Shown here piece after piece: positions 27,569-35,936 of a DNA stretch of 64,000 bases. Below the pieces are notes generated by a model. It saw only the letters and a program-made list of their open reading frames with translations. It was not told the DNA's origin and did not search any database. A program made the translations under genes and the position numbers. The stretch is from NCBI GenBank assembly GCA_043803745.1, contig JAZDJS010000021.1, positions 25,357 to 89,356 on the forward strand, given 5' to 3'. Each line of letters begins with the position of its first letter. The stretch's first letter is position 1. This DNA comes from an archaeon (GTDB lineage Archaea; SpSt-1190; DYHY01).

Positions 27569-27686
27569 GGGTCCATAGCTCAGCCCGGTAGAGCGGCAGT
27601 CTTATATGACTGTGTTCTATACACAAAGGATAGACTAGGTCTGAGTCAGCTGTTGGTCATGGGTTCGAATCCCATTGGGCCCACCA
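27569..27686 (+). tRNA. tRNA-Ile(UAU) with a 41-nt intron at position 37/38 (27607-27647)
   Basis: Cloverleaf with loop CU-UAU-A|A. The BHB motif is formed by the CUUA/UGAG helix, two 3-nt bulges and the GACU/GGUC intron stem. CCA is encoded. Confidence 0.9.
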
Positions 27687-27762
27687 GCCCCTTCAGGGGC
27701 TGAAGAAATTCCCACAGCCAGCATTCCCTTTGCGCTCTGAGGGGCTCATTGGGCCCACCAGA
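27673..27762 (+). repeat. Direct repeat of the tRNA-Ile 3' end with a 75-bp period
   Basis: CATTGGGCCCACCAG at 27673 and 27748. Confidence 0.9.
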
Positions 27763-27807
27763 GCCCGTTTTCTTTTCCGAAAGAAAAAGCCTTCGGGGAA
27801 AAAGAAA

Positions 27808-28707
27808 TCATTGGAGCGGGAAATACCTGCAAAAGGCGCAGAGCTTTCCCGAGGTCGGCTCCCTGCCGCAGGAGGGACAGAGCCGCGTCTCCTTCCCGAG
27901 GAGGGGGGCAAAAACCGGCTGGCCCTTGGAAAGATAGCTCAAGTAGAATTTCAGCCTGAATCCCGGTTCCCTCTTTTCAGCTGAAGAGAGGATTGCTTGC
28001 CACTTTTCCGTCTTCGGCTCCTTTGAAAAATTGCATTTCTTCTTCAAGTAGGGGAGTTTGAATAGTTTCGCCCAGTTTGAAAGCTCCTCCTTCGAGAAGA
28101 GGCAGAGCGGCTTTACCTTCTTCCCGAATCCAGGCAAGAGGCCGGAAACAATGGGAGTTCTCCGGGAAAGAATGTCTGGATTCCAGGAATATACGCCGCC
28201 GAAAATCGCGGCTGTTTCGTCGTCAAGGTGATGGCCGGTTGCGAACGGGATTCCGGATTCCCGCGCCTCCCGGTTCAGGAGGGCGTTCCTTATTTCGCTG
28301 CAGGTTGCGCAGGGGTTTCGCCCCGTTCTTGAAAGTATTTCCCCGAGGGATTTATCCGGCTTTAGCAGCTTCAACTCAACGCCGCAGAAGCCGGAAATTC
28401 TCTCCGCAGCTTTTCTCGATTTGACTGAGAAAGCCCCGTTGCCCAAATCAACATGGATTGCGCGGACATTGAAACCGGCAAGCTTGAGCGAGTGGCAGAG
28501 GACGGAGCTGTCAAGGCCTCCGGAAAGCGCGACAAGGAAGGAGTTTCCCATCTGGAAATTCTTGACAGTCCAGTTTATTCTCCGAAGGAACCATTCCTTG
28601 TAATGCTCCCTGCAAAGGTCGTATTTGTGAGCCGGGAGGTGGAAGATTGCCTTTTTCTTCGCCGGGGCGTTCTTCTTGATGCAGATTGTGCAGTAAGGTG
28701 AAGACAC
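27808..28707 (-). CDS. TtuA/NcsA/Ctu1-family tRNA 2-thiolation PP-loop ATPase
   Basis: N-terminal CxxC..CxxH, SGGLDS, PCATC, GHHLDDE, KPL, and C-terminal CxxC..CxxC. Confidence 0.88.
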   Translation of the reverse strand: MSSPYCTICIKKNAPAKKKAIFHLPAHKYDLCREHYKEWFLRRINWTVKNFQMGNSFLVALSGGLDSSVLCHSLKLAGFNVRAIHVDLGNGAFSVKSRKAAERISGFCGVELKLLKPDKSLGEILSRTGRNPCATCSEIRNALLNREARESGIPFATGHHLDDETAAIFGGVYSWNPDILSRRTPIVSGLLPGFGKKVKPLCLFSKEELSNWAKLFKLPYLKKKCNFSKEPKTEKWQAILSSAEKREPGFRLKFYLSYLSKGQPVFAPLLGKETRLCPSCGREPTSGKLCAFCRYFPLQ

Positions 28708-28818
28708 TTTCGGATTCTAAAGGGTTGCTTTTAACGGAATTGGTGTGGCTTGCAAAAGTCTTGAAATAACCCTGCTTAAGTAGTAAATGTTATAAAGGAA
28801 AAGGTATCTTTAGCGCGT

Positions 28819-29652
28819 ATGTTCGAAGTTGCCCAAGCGCTTTATGAGTTCACCGTAGGGCCGATTATTGAGGGCCTGGGTGCTGCCAAGCAAGATTTAG
28901 ATTTGTCTCAATTTGAGCTTGGCAAGGGGAATGTTCCGCAAATCCCGGCGCGGATTTCTGGAAGGCGGGGCGCTCCCGAAAGACCTGAAAGTTATCAGGC
29001 ACTCCTTGATGCCGCTTTGAAAGTCGCATCTGGCCCAAAAGGCACACGGGTTGCTGGAAAGTACGTCAATCCCGAAAACCCGGACGGGCTTCCGCAAGGG
29101 TTCCACATTGCAAAGGTTTCCCAAGTGACTGCCAGCGTAAGAGAAGTTCCGGAACCGGGATATTTGTGGAATCGGCCGAAAACACCAGTTCATTACGCGC
29201 AAGTCAAAATTGCAAGAAGGGGTGAACTGGATGTCGCATGGCTCGATAACTCTGCTTCCGATTTCTTCGAGGGCATGGTTGGAACACACAAATTCATTTT
29301 CGAAAAGTCCGAGCTAGGAGACCCCAAAATTTCAACTGACAACGCTATTGACAGGTATCACGGCATCTGCCGAACAAATTGCACTGTTCCGATACGGGTT
29401 GGTGGCGAAGAAATGGCGGCAATGCAGCTTTACCAGGAAAGCAACGGCAAACCCGTCTATTTGCGCCTTGCGATAGCTGGTCCTCTCGGAAATCCGACTG
29501 GGAAACGTGAGCTTTTGACGGAGTCTTTGTGCACGTTTGTTGCAGCAACCGGGGTTCTCTGGCAAGCTTGGCAGGAAAGCGAAAGCCTGAAAGAGTTCGA
29601 AAGATATGCCAACGCAGCTTTTTCGGGGAAACGCGCTAGGGCAAATTGTTAA
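28819..29652 (+). CDS. Hypothetical protein
   Basis: 277-aa ORF with a TTATAAA box upstream. Confidence 0.65.
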   Translation: MFEVAQALYEFTVGPIIEGLGAAKQDLDLSQFELGKGNVPQIPARISGRRGAPERPESYQALLDAALKVASGPKGTRVAGKYVNPENPDGLPQGFHIAKVSQVTASVREVPEPGYLWNRPKTPVHYAQVKIARRGELDVAWLDNSASDFFEGMVGTHKFIFEKSELGDPKISTDNAIDRYHGICRTNCTVPIRVGGEEMAAMQLYQESNGKPVYLRLAIAGPLGNPTGKRELLTESLCTFVAATGVLWQAWQESESLKEFERYANAAFSGKRARANC

Positions 29653-29678
29653 TATACCGGAACGTTTGGGACCAGGAA

Positions 29679-29903
29679 ATGGCGGAAAAGGTTGGCAAGA
29701 AGAAATCCGAAGAGTGCCGCAGTTGCAGCTGCTGGAAGGGGCAGGGGGCTTCCGGAGGAATCTACGGCCTCGGATTCATAGGCGCGCTTTTCTATTACAT
29801 TCCCCAGGCAGCAACATTTTGGGCGGGAGTTCTCGGTTTCCTAAAGGCGCTTGTCTGGCCGGCATTCCTCGTTTACAGGCTACTGTCTTTTCTGAAAGCT
29901 TAG
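29679..29903 (+). CDS. Small membrane protein
   Basis: GIYGLGFIGALFYY..FWAGVLGFLKALVWPAFLVY. Confidence 0.75.
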   Translation: MAEKVGKKKSEECRSCSCWKGQGASGGIYGLGFIGALFYYIPQAATFWAGVLGFLKALVWPAFLVYRLLSFLKA

Positions 29904-29917
29904 GTTCCCGAAAGAAA

Positions 29918-30154
29918 ATGAAATTCAGTAAAGTCATCCTTGCTCCCGGGGGGGAAATGAAAGCGCATTCGAACGGGGCTTCCGAGGAACTCATTGTCGT
30001 TGTAAGGGGAACCGCGGCCGTTTCATTTGGCGGAGTTGAACGGGAGGCTTCTGCGGGAGGCCATCTTCTGATACCGAGGGAAACCTTGCATTCGGTCAGG
30101 AACCGGGGGAGCGCGCCTTTAGAGTATTACTATATCCTTCCCGAGAAAAACTAG
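29918..30154 (+). CDS. Cupin-domain protein
   Basis: HS...EEL..V.G...IP..TLHSVRN. Confidence 0.8.
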   Translation: MKFSKVILAPGGEMKAHSNGASEELIVVVRGTAAVSFGGVEREASAGGHLLIPRETLHSVRNRGSAPLEYYYILPEKN

Positions 30155-30792
30155 GGTTGCTGCTGCTGAAGAACTTGGGAAGAAACCTGCTTTTTCAGGG
30201 CATCGATTTTCCTTCTCCTGACAACGAAAAATCCTGCGACTTGGAAACCTATTGTAGCTAATGCGAAAATAACCAGCAGGAATTCGACGAGGTTCGGGCG
30301 GGACAAGTCAAGGCCGTTCGCCTTGAAAATGAAATGATAGAGGGAGAGCGCAAAGGCAAGATAGTTGAACCTTTGGATTCCTTTCCAGACGGGAGTGCCG
30401 AGGAGCTTCGTCGCCCAGTCAGCTGAGGTCAGGGCGAGGGGAGTGAAGATTGCAAGGGCGATTGTCCCTGCCGTGAAAGGCAAATAGGAAAAAAAGAGGG
30501 AAAAATCCCAGCCAAGCTGGAAAGAAAGGGAAAGGATCCCGTGGAAAAGGACGAGGAAGAATGAAGCAATCCCGACCGCGCGCCTCGGCTCGACAAGCTG
30601 TGCGAACCTCTGGGGCCAGATTACCGCAAGGGGCCCAATCAGGAGGGTCACCGTAATCAGGAAGAACCCTGAGAGGGCGAGGAACCTTGTTCCCGAGGAA
30701 ACCCCTGCCGGGGCCGGAACGGTAGAATTGTAGAACGCAATTGCGGCAAGGGCGAGGAAAAGGTAGAGGAAAAGCTGGCTTGTCTTGTTCAT
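30151..30792 (-). CDS. Ferric-reductase-like transmembrane protein (MsrQ/YedZ-like)
   Basis: RRAVGIASF..FHG, PLALTS, WKGIQRFNY and LYHF motifs. Confidence 0.82.
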   Translation of the reverse strand: MNKTSQLFLYLFLALAAIAFYNSTVPAPAGVSSGTRFLALSGFFLITVTLLIGPLAVIWPQRFAQLVEPRRAVGIASFFLVLFHGILSLSFQLGWDFSLFFSYLPFTAGTIALAIFTPLALTSADWATKLLGTPVWKGIQRFNYLAFALSLYHFIFKANGLDLSRPNLVEFLLVIFALATIGFQVAGFFVVRRRKIDALKKQVSSQVLQQQQP

Positions 30793-33700
30793 TCTTTTTC
30801 CCCTGCAGGTTCTCTTGAGGACTCCGACCCTTCCCGGGAGAAACCGATTTCCGCGGCCCCGAGCCCGAGGTCGCCGAGGGAAACGCTGTCGCAGAAAACT
30901 TTCGAGCCACTCATTATCCTCACAAGCTCCATTTCCTGCGCCCCGACCTTCTCTTTCATAGCGGGGAGGAAGGGCGTTATCAGCTGCTCGGCCTTTTCGT
31001 CAAGACCGAGCTCAAGGACTATTTTCTGGGAAACCGTGAAACCGGAATCCTTCCGCATTGCCTGAATCTTGCGCGTGATTTCCCGGGAAGCTGCCTCGCC
31101 AAGCAGCGCGTCGTCAAGCTTCTTGTCAACGAAAACGACGAAGCCCGCTTCCTCGCCTCTCGCGTAATCGCCTGCGGGCTCCTCCGGGGAAACCTCGATT
31201 TTCTTGCAGTTCGCAAGGCGGGAGATAATTTCCCCCGCGAGGGAAATTGCCCTGGAAATGCCCTCTTCCTTGGAAACCACGATTGCCTTCGCAACTGGAT
31301 ATCTGAGTTTTATTCCGGCAGCGTTCCGCGCAGCCATCAGAGCCTCAATTACTTTCTGGGCTGTGAAGACGGCCTCCTCAAGGGCTGAGTCGATTTTCCC
31401 TTCCTCGCATTCCGGCCAGGAACAGAGATGAATCGACTCTGAAACGGAGGAATCAAAGCTCTTCTCAAAGTTCTGGTAGATTTCCTCGGAAATCATTGGG
31501 ACGATTGGCGCCGAAAGCCGCAGTAGCTTTGAAAGAACCTCGTAAAGGGTCTGGTATGCGGCAAGCTTGTCCTCCCCCTGCGCGCCGGGCCAAGTCCTCT
31601 CGCGGATCAGCTTGATGTATGTCCGAGAAAGGTCGTTCACGAAAAACTTTTGGAGTGTCTCGGAAGTCTCCTCAATCTTGTAGTTGTCGAATGCTTCCGT
31701 AAGCCCTCGCACAAGGCTGTTGAGCCTTGAGAGAATCCATTTGTCCTCGATTTTCTTCTCGACCTGAGCCCCGCCGGGCCTGAATCCGTCAACGGACATG
31801 TAGCCGTGGGCGAAAGAATAGCTGTTGTAGAGAATCCGGAGATTGTTGAAAGCGTCCCTGACATATCTTTCGGAATATGACATGTCTTCCCCCGCCTTTG
31901 CGGAGGAGATGAAGAACATCCGGAGGCTGTCCGCCCCGTATTTCGGAAGGACTTCCTCGGGGGAAACGAAATTGCCAAGGGATTTCGAGAATTTCCGCCC
32001 AATCTCGTCGTTAACGAATCCGTGCATGTAAACCGCCTTGTAGGGCGCTCGCCCGGTTGCAAGGACGCCGAGGCACATCAGGCTGTTGAACCAGCCGCGT
32101 ATCTGGTCCTTGCCCTCGATTATGAAGTCGACAGGATAGGAGTCCGAAAGAACGTTCGGGTTTTCCGCCGGGAAGCGCTGGGCCGCCCAGGAGGCGGAAC
32201 CGGCTTCTCCCCAGACATCGAAAATATCTGGCACGCGCGTCATGGCGTCCCGCTTGCATTTCTTGCACGCGAACTTTATCTCGTCAATCCAGGGCCTGTG
32301 CAAATCCTTCGGCTGGGTCGGGAGCTCTTTCGCGGAACCGACAACCTCTATTTCCCCGCAGTATTCGCATTTCCATATTGGGAGGGGAACGCCCCAGTAT
32401 CTCTGGCGGGAGATGCACCAGTCCTGGAGGTTATCGAGCCAGGAATCGAACCAGGAAGAACCCGCCCAGTCCGGGACCCACTTGACCTGCTTGTTCGCCT
32501 CGCGCATCTTCTCCTTGAGGCTTGCGGTTGAGAAGAACCACTGAGTCGTCGCAAGGAATATCAGGGGCGTCTTGCATCTCCAGCAAATCGGGTATTCGTG
32601 CGTGAATTTCTCGGTTGAGAAAAGCAGGCCTTTCTTCTCAAGATCCTCGATTATTTTCGGGTCGGCGTCCCTCTTGGCAATGAATCCGTGATATTTGCCG
32701 GCCTCCTCGGTGAATGCTCCGGAAAGCTTGATCGGGCAGAACATGTCAAGGCCCTCCTTCTTCCCAACCTCAAAATCCTCGGGACCGGTTCCCGGAGCCA
32801 GGTGGACGCATCCGGTTCCGGCATCAAGATGGACATATTCCTTCGAGAGGACGACTGAATGGTTCTTATTGTCCTTCTCAGCAAACTTCCTCTGGGCGGG
32901 GATCTCGTCAATCAGGGGGTGGACGTACTTCAGACCGGCAAGCTCGGAGCCGGGAACCTCCTTCACGATTTTGTATCCGCGCCCGGCAAGTATCTTTTCC
33001 GCAAGCTCCTTTGCAAGTATCAGGGTCTCCCTCGGGGTCTCCCTCGGGGTCTCCCCGGGGAGCTCCCCGCCGCACTCGGCATAGACATACTGGAAATCCG
33101 GGTTTACCATCACCCCCATGTTTGTCGGGAGCGTCCAAGGGGTTGTCGTCCATATCAGTATGAATGTTTTCTCGGCTCCGGCGACCGGGAACTTCACGAA
33201 TATCGAGTTCTCAGTTATGTTCGCGTATTCCTGCTCGTGCTTGGCAAGGGCGGTTTCGCAGCGGGGGCATGCCGTAAGGACCTTCGGCCCGTTGACAAGG
33301 TAGTTGCTGAGATATGCCTGCTTTATTCCCCACCAGACACCCTCGATGTAATAGTTCTCGATTGTCAGGTAGGGATTCTCCCAATCCATCCAGACCCCGA
33401 GGCGGATGAACTGGCCGTTCATTATCGCCAGGTTCTTCTTCGCGAAATTCCGGCAGTAGTTCACGAAATTCCCGACGCCGTATTCCTCAATCTGCTTTTT
33501 GGATTTTATCCCGATTTCCTTCTCGACCTTGAGCTCGACCGGGAGCCCGTGCATGTCGTATCCCGGGGTGTCATTTACCGAAAAGCCCCGCATTGCCTTG
33601 TAGCGGAGGACCGAATCCTTCATTATCTTGTTCCAGGCGGTTCCGAGGTGTATTGCGCCGGTCGGATAGGGGGGTCCGTCAATGAACGTGAACCTAGGCT

Positions 33701-33818
33701 TGCCGGACTGACCGGCCTTCCATTTTGAATAAATCGACTTCTCTTTCCAGAACGAAAGAATCCGCTCTTCTGTTGGAACTATTTCGAACGCGCCCCCGCT
33801 ACCATCGCCAAAGACCAT
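30789..33818 (-). CDS. ileS: Isoleucine-tRNA ligase
   Basis: DGPPY, HLGT (HIGH-like), WTTTPWTLP, DWCISRQRYWG, EGKDQIRGWF and KFSKS motifs. Confidence 0.97.
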   Translation of the reverse strand: MVFGDGSGGAFEIVPTEERILSFWKEKSIYSKWKAGQSGKPRFTFIDGPPYPTGAIHLGTAWNKIMKDSVLRYKAMRGFSVNDTPGYDMHGLPVELKVEKEIGIKSKKQIEEYGVGNFVNYCRNFAKKNLAIMNGQFIRLGVWMDWENPYLTIENYYIEGVWWGIKQAYLSNYLVNGPKVLTACPRCETALAKHEQEYANITENSIFVKFPVAGAEKTFILIWTTTPWTLPTNMGVMVNPDFQYVYAECGGELPGETPRETPRETLILAKELAEKILAGRGYKIVKEVPGSELAGLKYVHPLIDEIPAQRKFAEKDNKNHSVVLSKEYVHLDAGTGCVHLAPGTGPEDFEVGKKEGLDMFCPIKLSGAFTEEAGKYHGFIAKRDADPKIIEDLEKKGLLFSTEKFTHEYPICWRCKTPLIFLATTQWFFSTASLKEKMREANKQVKWVPDWAGSSWFDSWLDNLQDWCISRQRYWGVPLPIWKCEYCGEIEVVGSAKELPTQPKDLHRPWIDEIKFACKKCKRDAMTRVPDIFDVWGEAGSASWAAQRFPAENPNVLSDSYPVDFIIEGKDQIRGWFNSLMCLGVLATGRAPYKAVYMHGFVNDEIGRKFSKSLGNFVSPEEVLPKYGADSLRMFFISSAKAGEDMSYSERYVRDAFNNLRILYNSYSFAHGYMSVDGFRPGGAQVEKKIEDKWILSRLNSLVRGLTEAFDNYKIEETSETLQKFFVNDLSRTYIKLIRERTWPGAQGEDKLAAYQTLYEVLSKLLRLSAPIVPMISEEIYQNFEKSFDSSVSESIHLCSWPECEEGKIDSALEEAVFTAQKVIEALMAARNAAGIKLRYPVAKAIVVSKEEGISRAISLAGEIISRLANCKKIEVSPEEPAGDYARGEEAGFVVFVDKKLDDALLGEAASREITRKIQAMRKDSGFTVSQKIVLELGLDEKAEQLITPFLPAMKEKVGAQEMELVRIMSGSKVFCDSVSLGDLGLGAAEIGFSREGSESSREPAGEKE

Positions 33819-33894
33819 TTGAGGCGGGGGATGAAACGGAGGTTTTTAACTATTTTTCCCCGTAGGGCGAGTTTTCCCCGGGAAATTTTGGGTA

Positions 33895-34047
33895 AGGGTT
33901 GAACCACCTCGGGCTAAGGCCTGGGAGTTCATCAAATAGCTCGGCGTAGCTGGACCCAAATCCGTGAAATCCTTGGAGCGTCGCGGACGAAGACCGCCCG
34001 CATCTCCGGCCTGAAAGGTTGTTAGATTTAAGCGGAAAGGATTAAAA
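33895..34047. mobile_element. Non-autonomous IS200/IS605-end-like remnant (PATE-like) next to a promoter
   Basis: Left end GAACCACCTCGGGCTAAGGCCTGGG and right end CATCTCCGGCCTGAAAGG resemble IS200/IS605 subterminal hairpins. There is no ORF. Confidence 0.5.
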
Positions 34048-34073
34048 ACAAACGCAGAGTCCGGATTACCGTG

Positions 34074-35936
34074 ATGCGCGCGGGGAAACGTGGCGGAAGA
34101 AGGGGAATTGACGCGATTCTAACGACAATTCTCCTGGTCCTGCTTGTGATTGCCTCGGTCGGGGGCGCCTGGTTTTTCTTCTCGAAAATGCAGGGCAAGT
34201 TCCAGAGCTCCGGCGAGGGCAGCGCGGAGGAGCAGATAGAAACCACCGGAGGAATGCTCTCAATTGACTCGGCATACTCGAGGGAAGTCTACATAAGGAA
34301 CGTCGGCAGGACTACCCTGCGAACCTTCGACCTTTACCTTAACGAGGAAAAACTCTTCCTGACAACGAGGCCGGAACCGCTCACCTCCGGGCAGTCCGGA
34401 ATACTCAAGATTGCAATCGAGCTCAAGAAGGGCGACTGGGTCAAGGTAATCTCGGACAAGAGCGTCATCGCCTCCTACAAGGTTGAGCGGACGAAGACCG
34501 CCCGCTGCGGGAACCTGCGCTGCGAATTCCCCTCCGAGGAAAGCTGCACAAGCTGCCCCGAGGACTGCGGATATTGCACGGACTTTGTTTCCGCAAGAAT
34601 GTATCCGAAAAACACCCAGGTCGGGGGGACTCTGACAATAGAGCTTTCCCTCGAGGCGAAGATGCTTGTTGAATCGGCAATAGCAAGAATGAGCCTTCCG
34701 AACAGGACTGTCGAGGAAATCCCGATGAGGAACGCGGGCGGGCTTTGGAGCGTCACAAGAGTCTCGGACCAGACGGGCCTTTATGTTGCCGATGTCAGGG
34801 TCAAGGAGAAGAACGGGCCCTTCCTTCCGGATGTACGGGCAGGAATTTCAAGCACATCCGGATGGGGAAGCAACGACTGGAAGAGACGGAAGGCGATAAT
34901 GGCAAGCGAAGGAGTCGGCTTTGAGAGGGTTTTCGAATATGTCAGGGCTAACTTCACCGGGCTCGTTCTCTCTTCCGGAAGCTGCAGGGAAGTCAAGATA
35001 ACGGACATTTTCGGCAACCCGAGGCCGAGCCAGGTCATTGACGGGGGAAGCGACTGGTGCGAAATGATTGCCCCGCTTGACGCGCTCGAGGGTGTTTCCG
35101 ACCAGATAATCGGGTTCATCTATTATGACAACCCCAGTCCGCCGGGGCCTGGCGCGCCAACCGACCTGCTTCCTTTCGACAATTCGACTAAATGCGCGGA
35201 AAGCGGGAATCTCAGGCTCTGCTTCGGCGGGGCGGATGACGGCGGGATGCGCTCCCTTTCCTCGTCAATTGTCGGAAAGGACACCAATCTCCTTTCGGCG
35301 CACACCCGGGACAGCAAATACTACCGGAGCGGAATACAGCCGCAGATGGACTATCCGATTGGGCTCGACCTCCTCTGGTGCTCCAATTACACGAGCATAG
35401 GCTCCCCGGAAATAATTGTCGGAGGGGGGCTTTACCAGCGGGTCAGGTATGACCTAGGGGTGACCTGCTCCGGAACCGAATACAACTACCGGATTTTCCT
35501 CGACTTTTATTCGAACAAGAGCTTCTACGACTTTTCGGCGCAGACGCTCTCGGAAATAGAAACTGGAAAGGGCGGGGAGAGCGTCCTTTTCGCTCCCAAC
35601 TGGAACATGGATGCGGTCTATTTCACGCAGGAAGGAACGACCTGCAGCGGCGACGCATGCTTCTACTGGAGCGACCTCCTGAAATCCCCGGCAGACCTTG
35701 GGATAGGAGCGACTCCGATTGAGAATTCGCAATACGTTCTTTTCGAATCCCTCACGCCCCCGCACACCTACAAAGTTCCGGAAGGCAGCTCAATTCCCCC
35801 GGGGGAGCTGCTCTACCGCGTGAGAACGTTCCTGGCGACAAGGGATGACATTTTCTTCAACGCAATATCAGTTCCGCCAATTGCAAGGAACCCGATTTCG
35901 AGTTCAGTTTACTTGGGTGAGGAGGAAATAGCATGA
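34074..35936 (+). CDS. Archaellin/type IV pilin N-terminus protein with a DUF2341-like domain
   Basis: Class III signal RRG|IDAILTTILLV, then YIRNVG, a Cys-rich CGNLRCE..SCPEDC module and WKRRKAI..YYDNP. Confidence 0.75.
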   Translation: MRAGKRGGRRGIDAILTTILLVLLVIASVGGAWFFFSKMQGKFQSSGEGSAEEQIETTGGMLSIDSAYSREVYIRNVGRTTLRTFDLYLNEEKLFLTTRPEPLTSGQSGILKIAIELKKGDWVKVISDKSVIASYKVERTKTARCGNLRCEFPSEESCTSCPEDCGYCTDFVSARMYPKNTQVGGTLTIELSLEAKMLVESAIARMSLPNRTVEEIPMRNAGGLWSVTRVSDQTGLYVADVRVKEKNGPFLPDVRAGISSTSGWGSNDWKRRKAIMASEGVGFERVFEYVRANFTGLVLSSGSCREVKITDIFGNPRPSQVIDGGSDWCEMIAPLDALEGVSDQIIGFIYYDNPSPPGPGAPTDLLPFDNSTKCAESGNLRLCFGGADDGGMRSLSSSIVGKDTNLLSAHTRDSKYYRSGIQPQMDYPIGLDLLWCSNYTSIGSPEIIVGGGLYQRVRYDLGVTCSGTEYNYRIFLDFYSNKSFYDFSAQTLSEIETGKGGESVLFAPNWNMDAVYFTQEGTTCSGDACFYWSDLLKSPADLGIGATPIENSQYVLFESLTPPHTYKVPEGSSIPPGELLYRVRTFLATRDDIFFNAISVPPIARNPISSSVYLGEEEIA

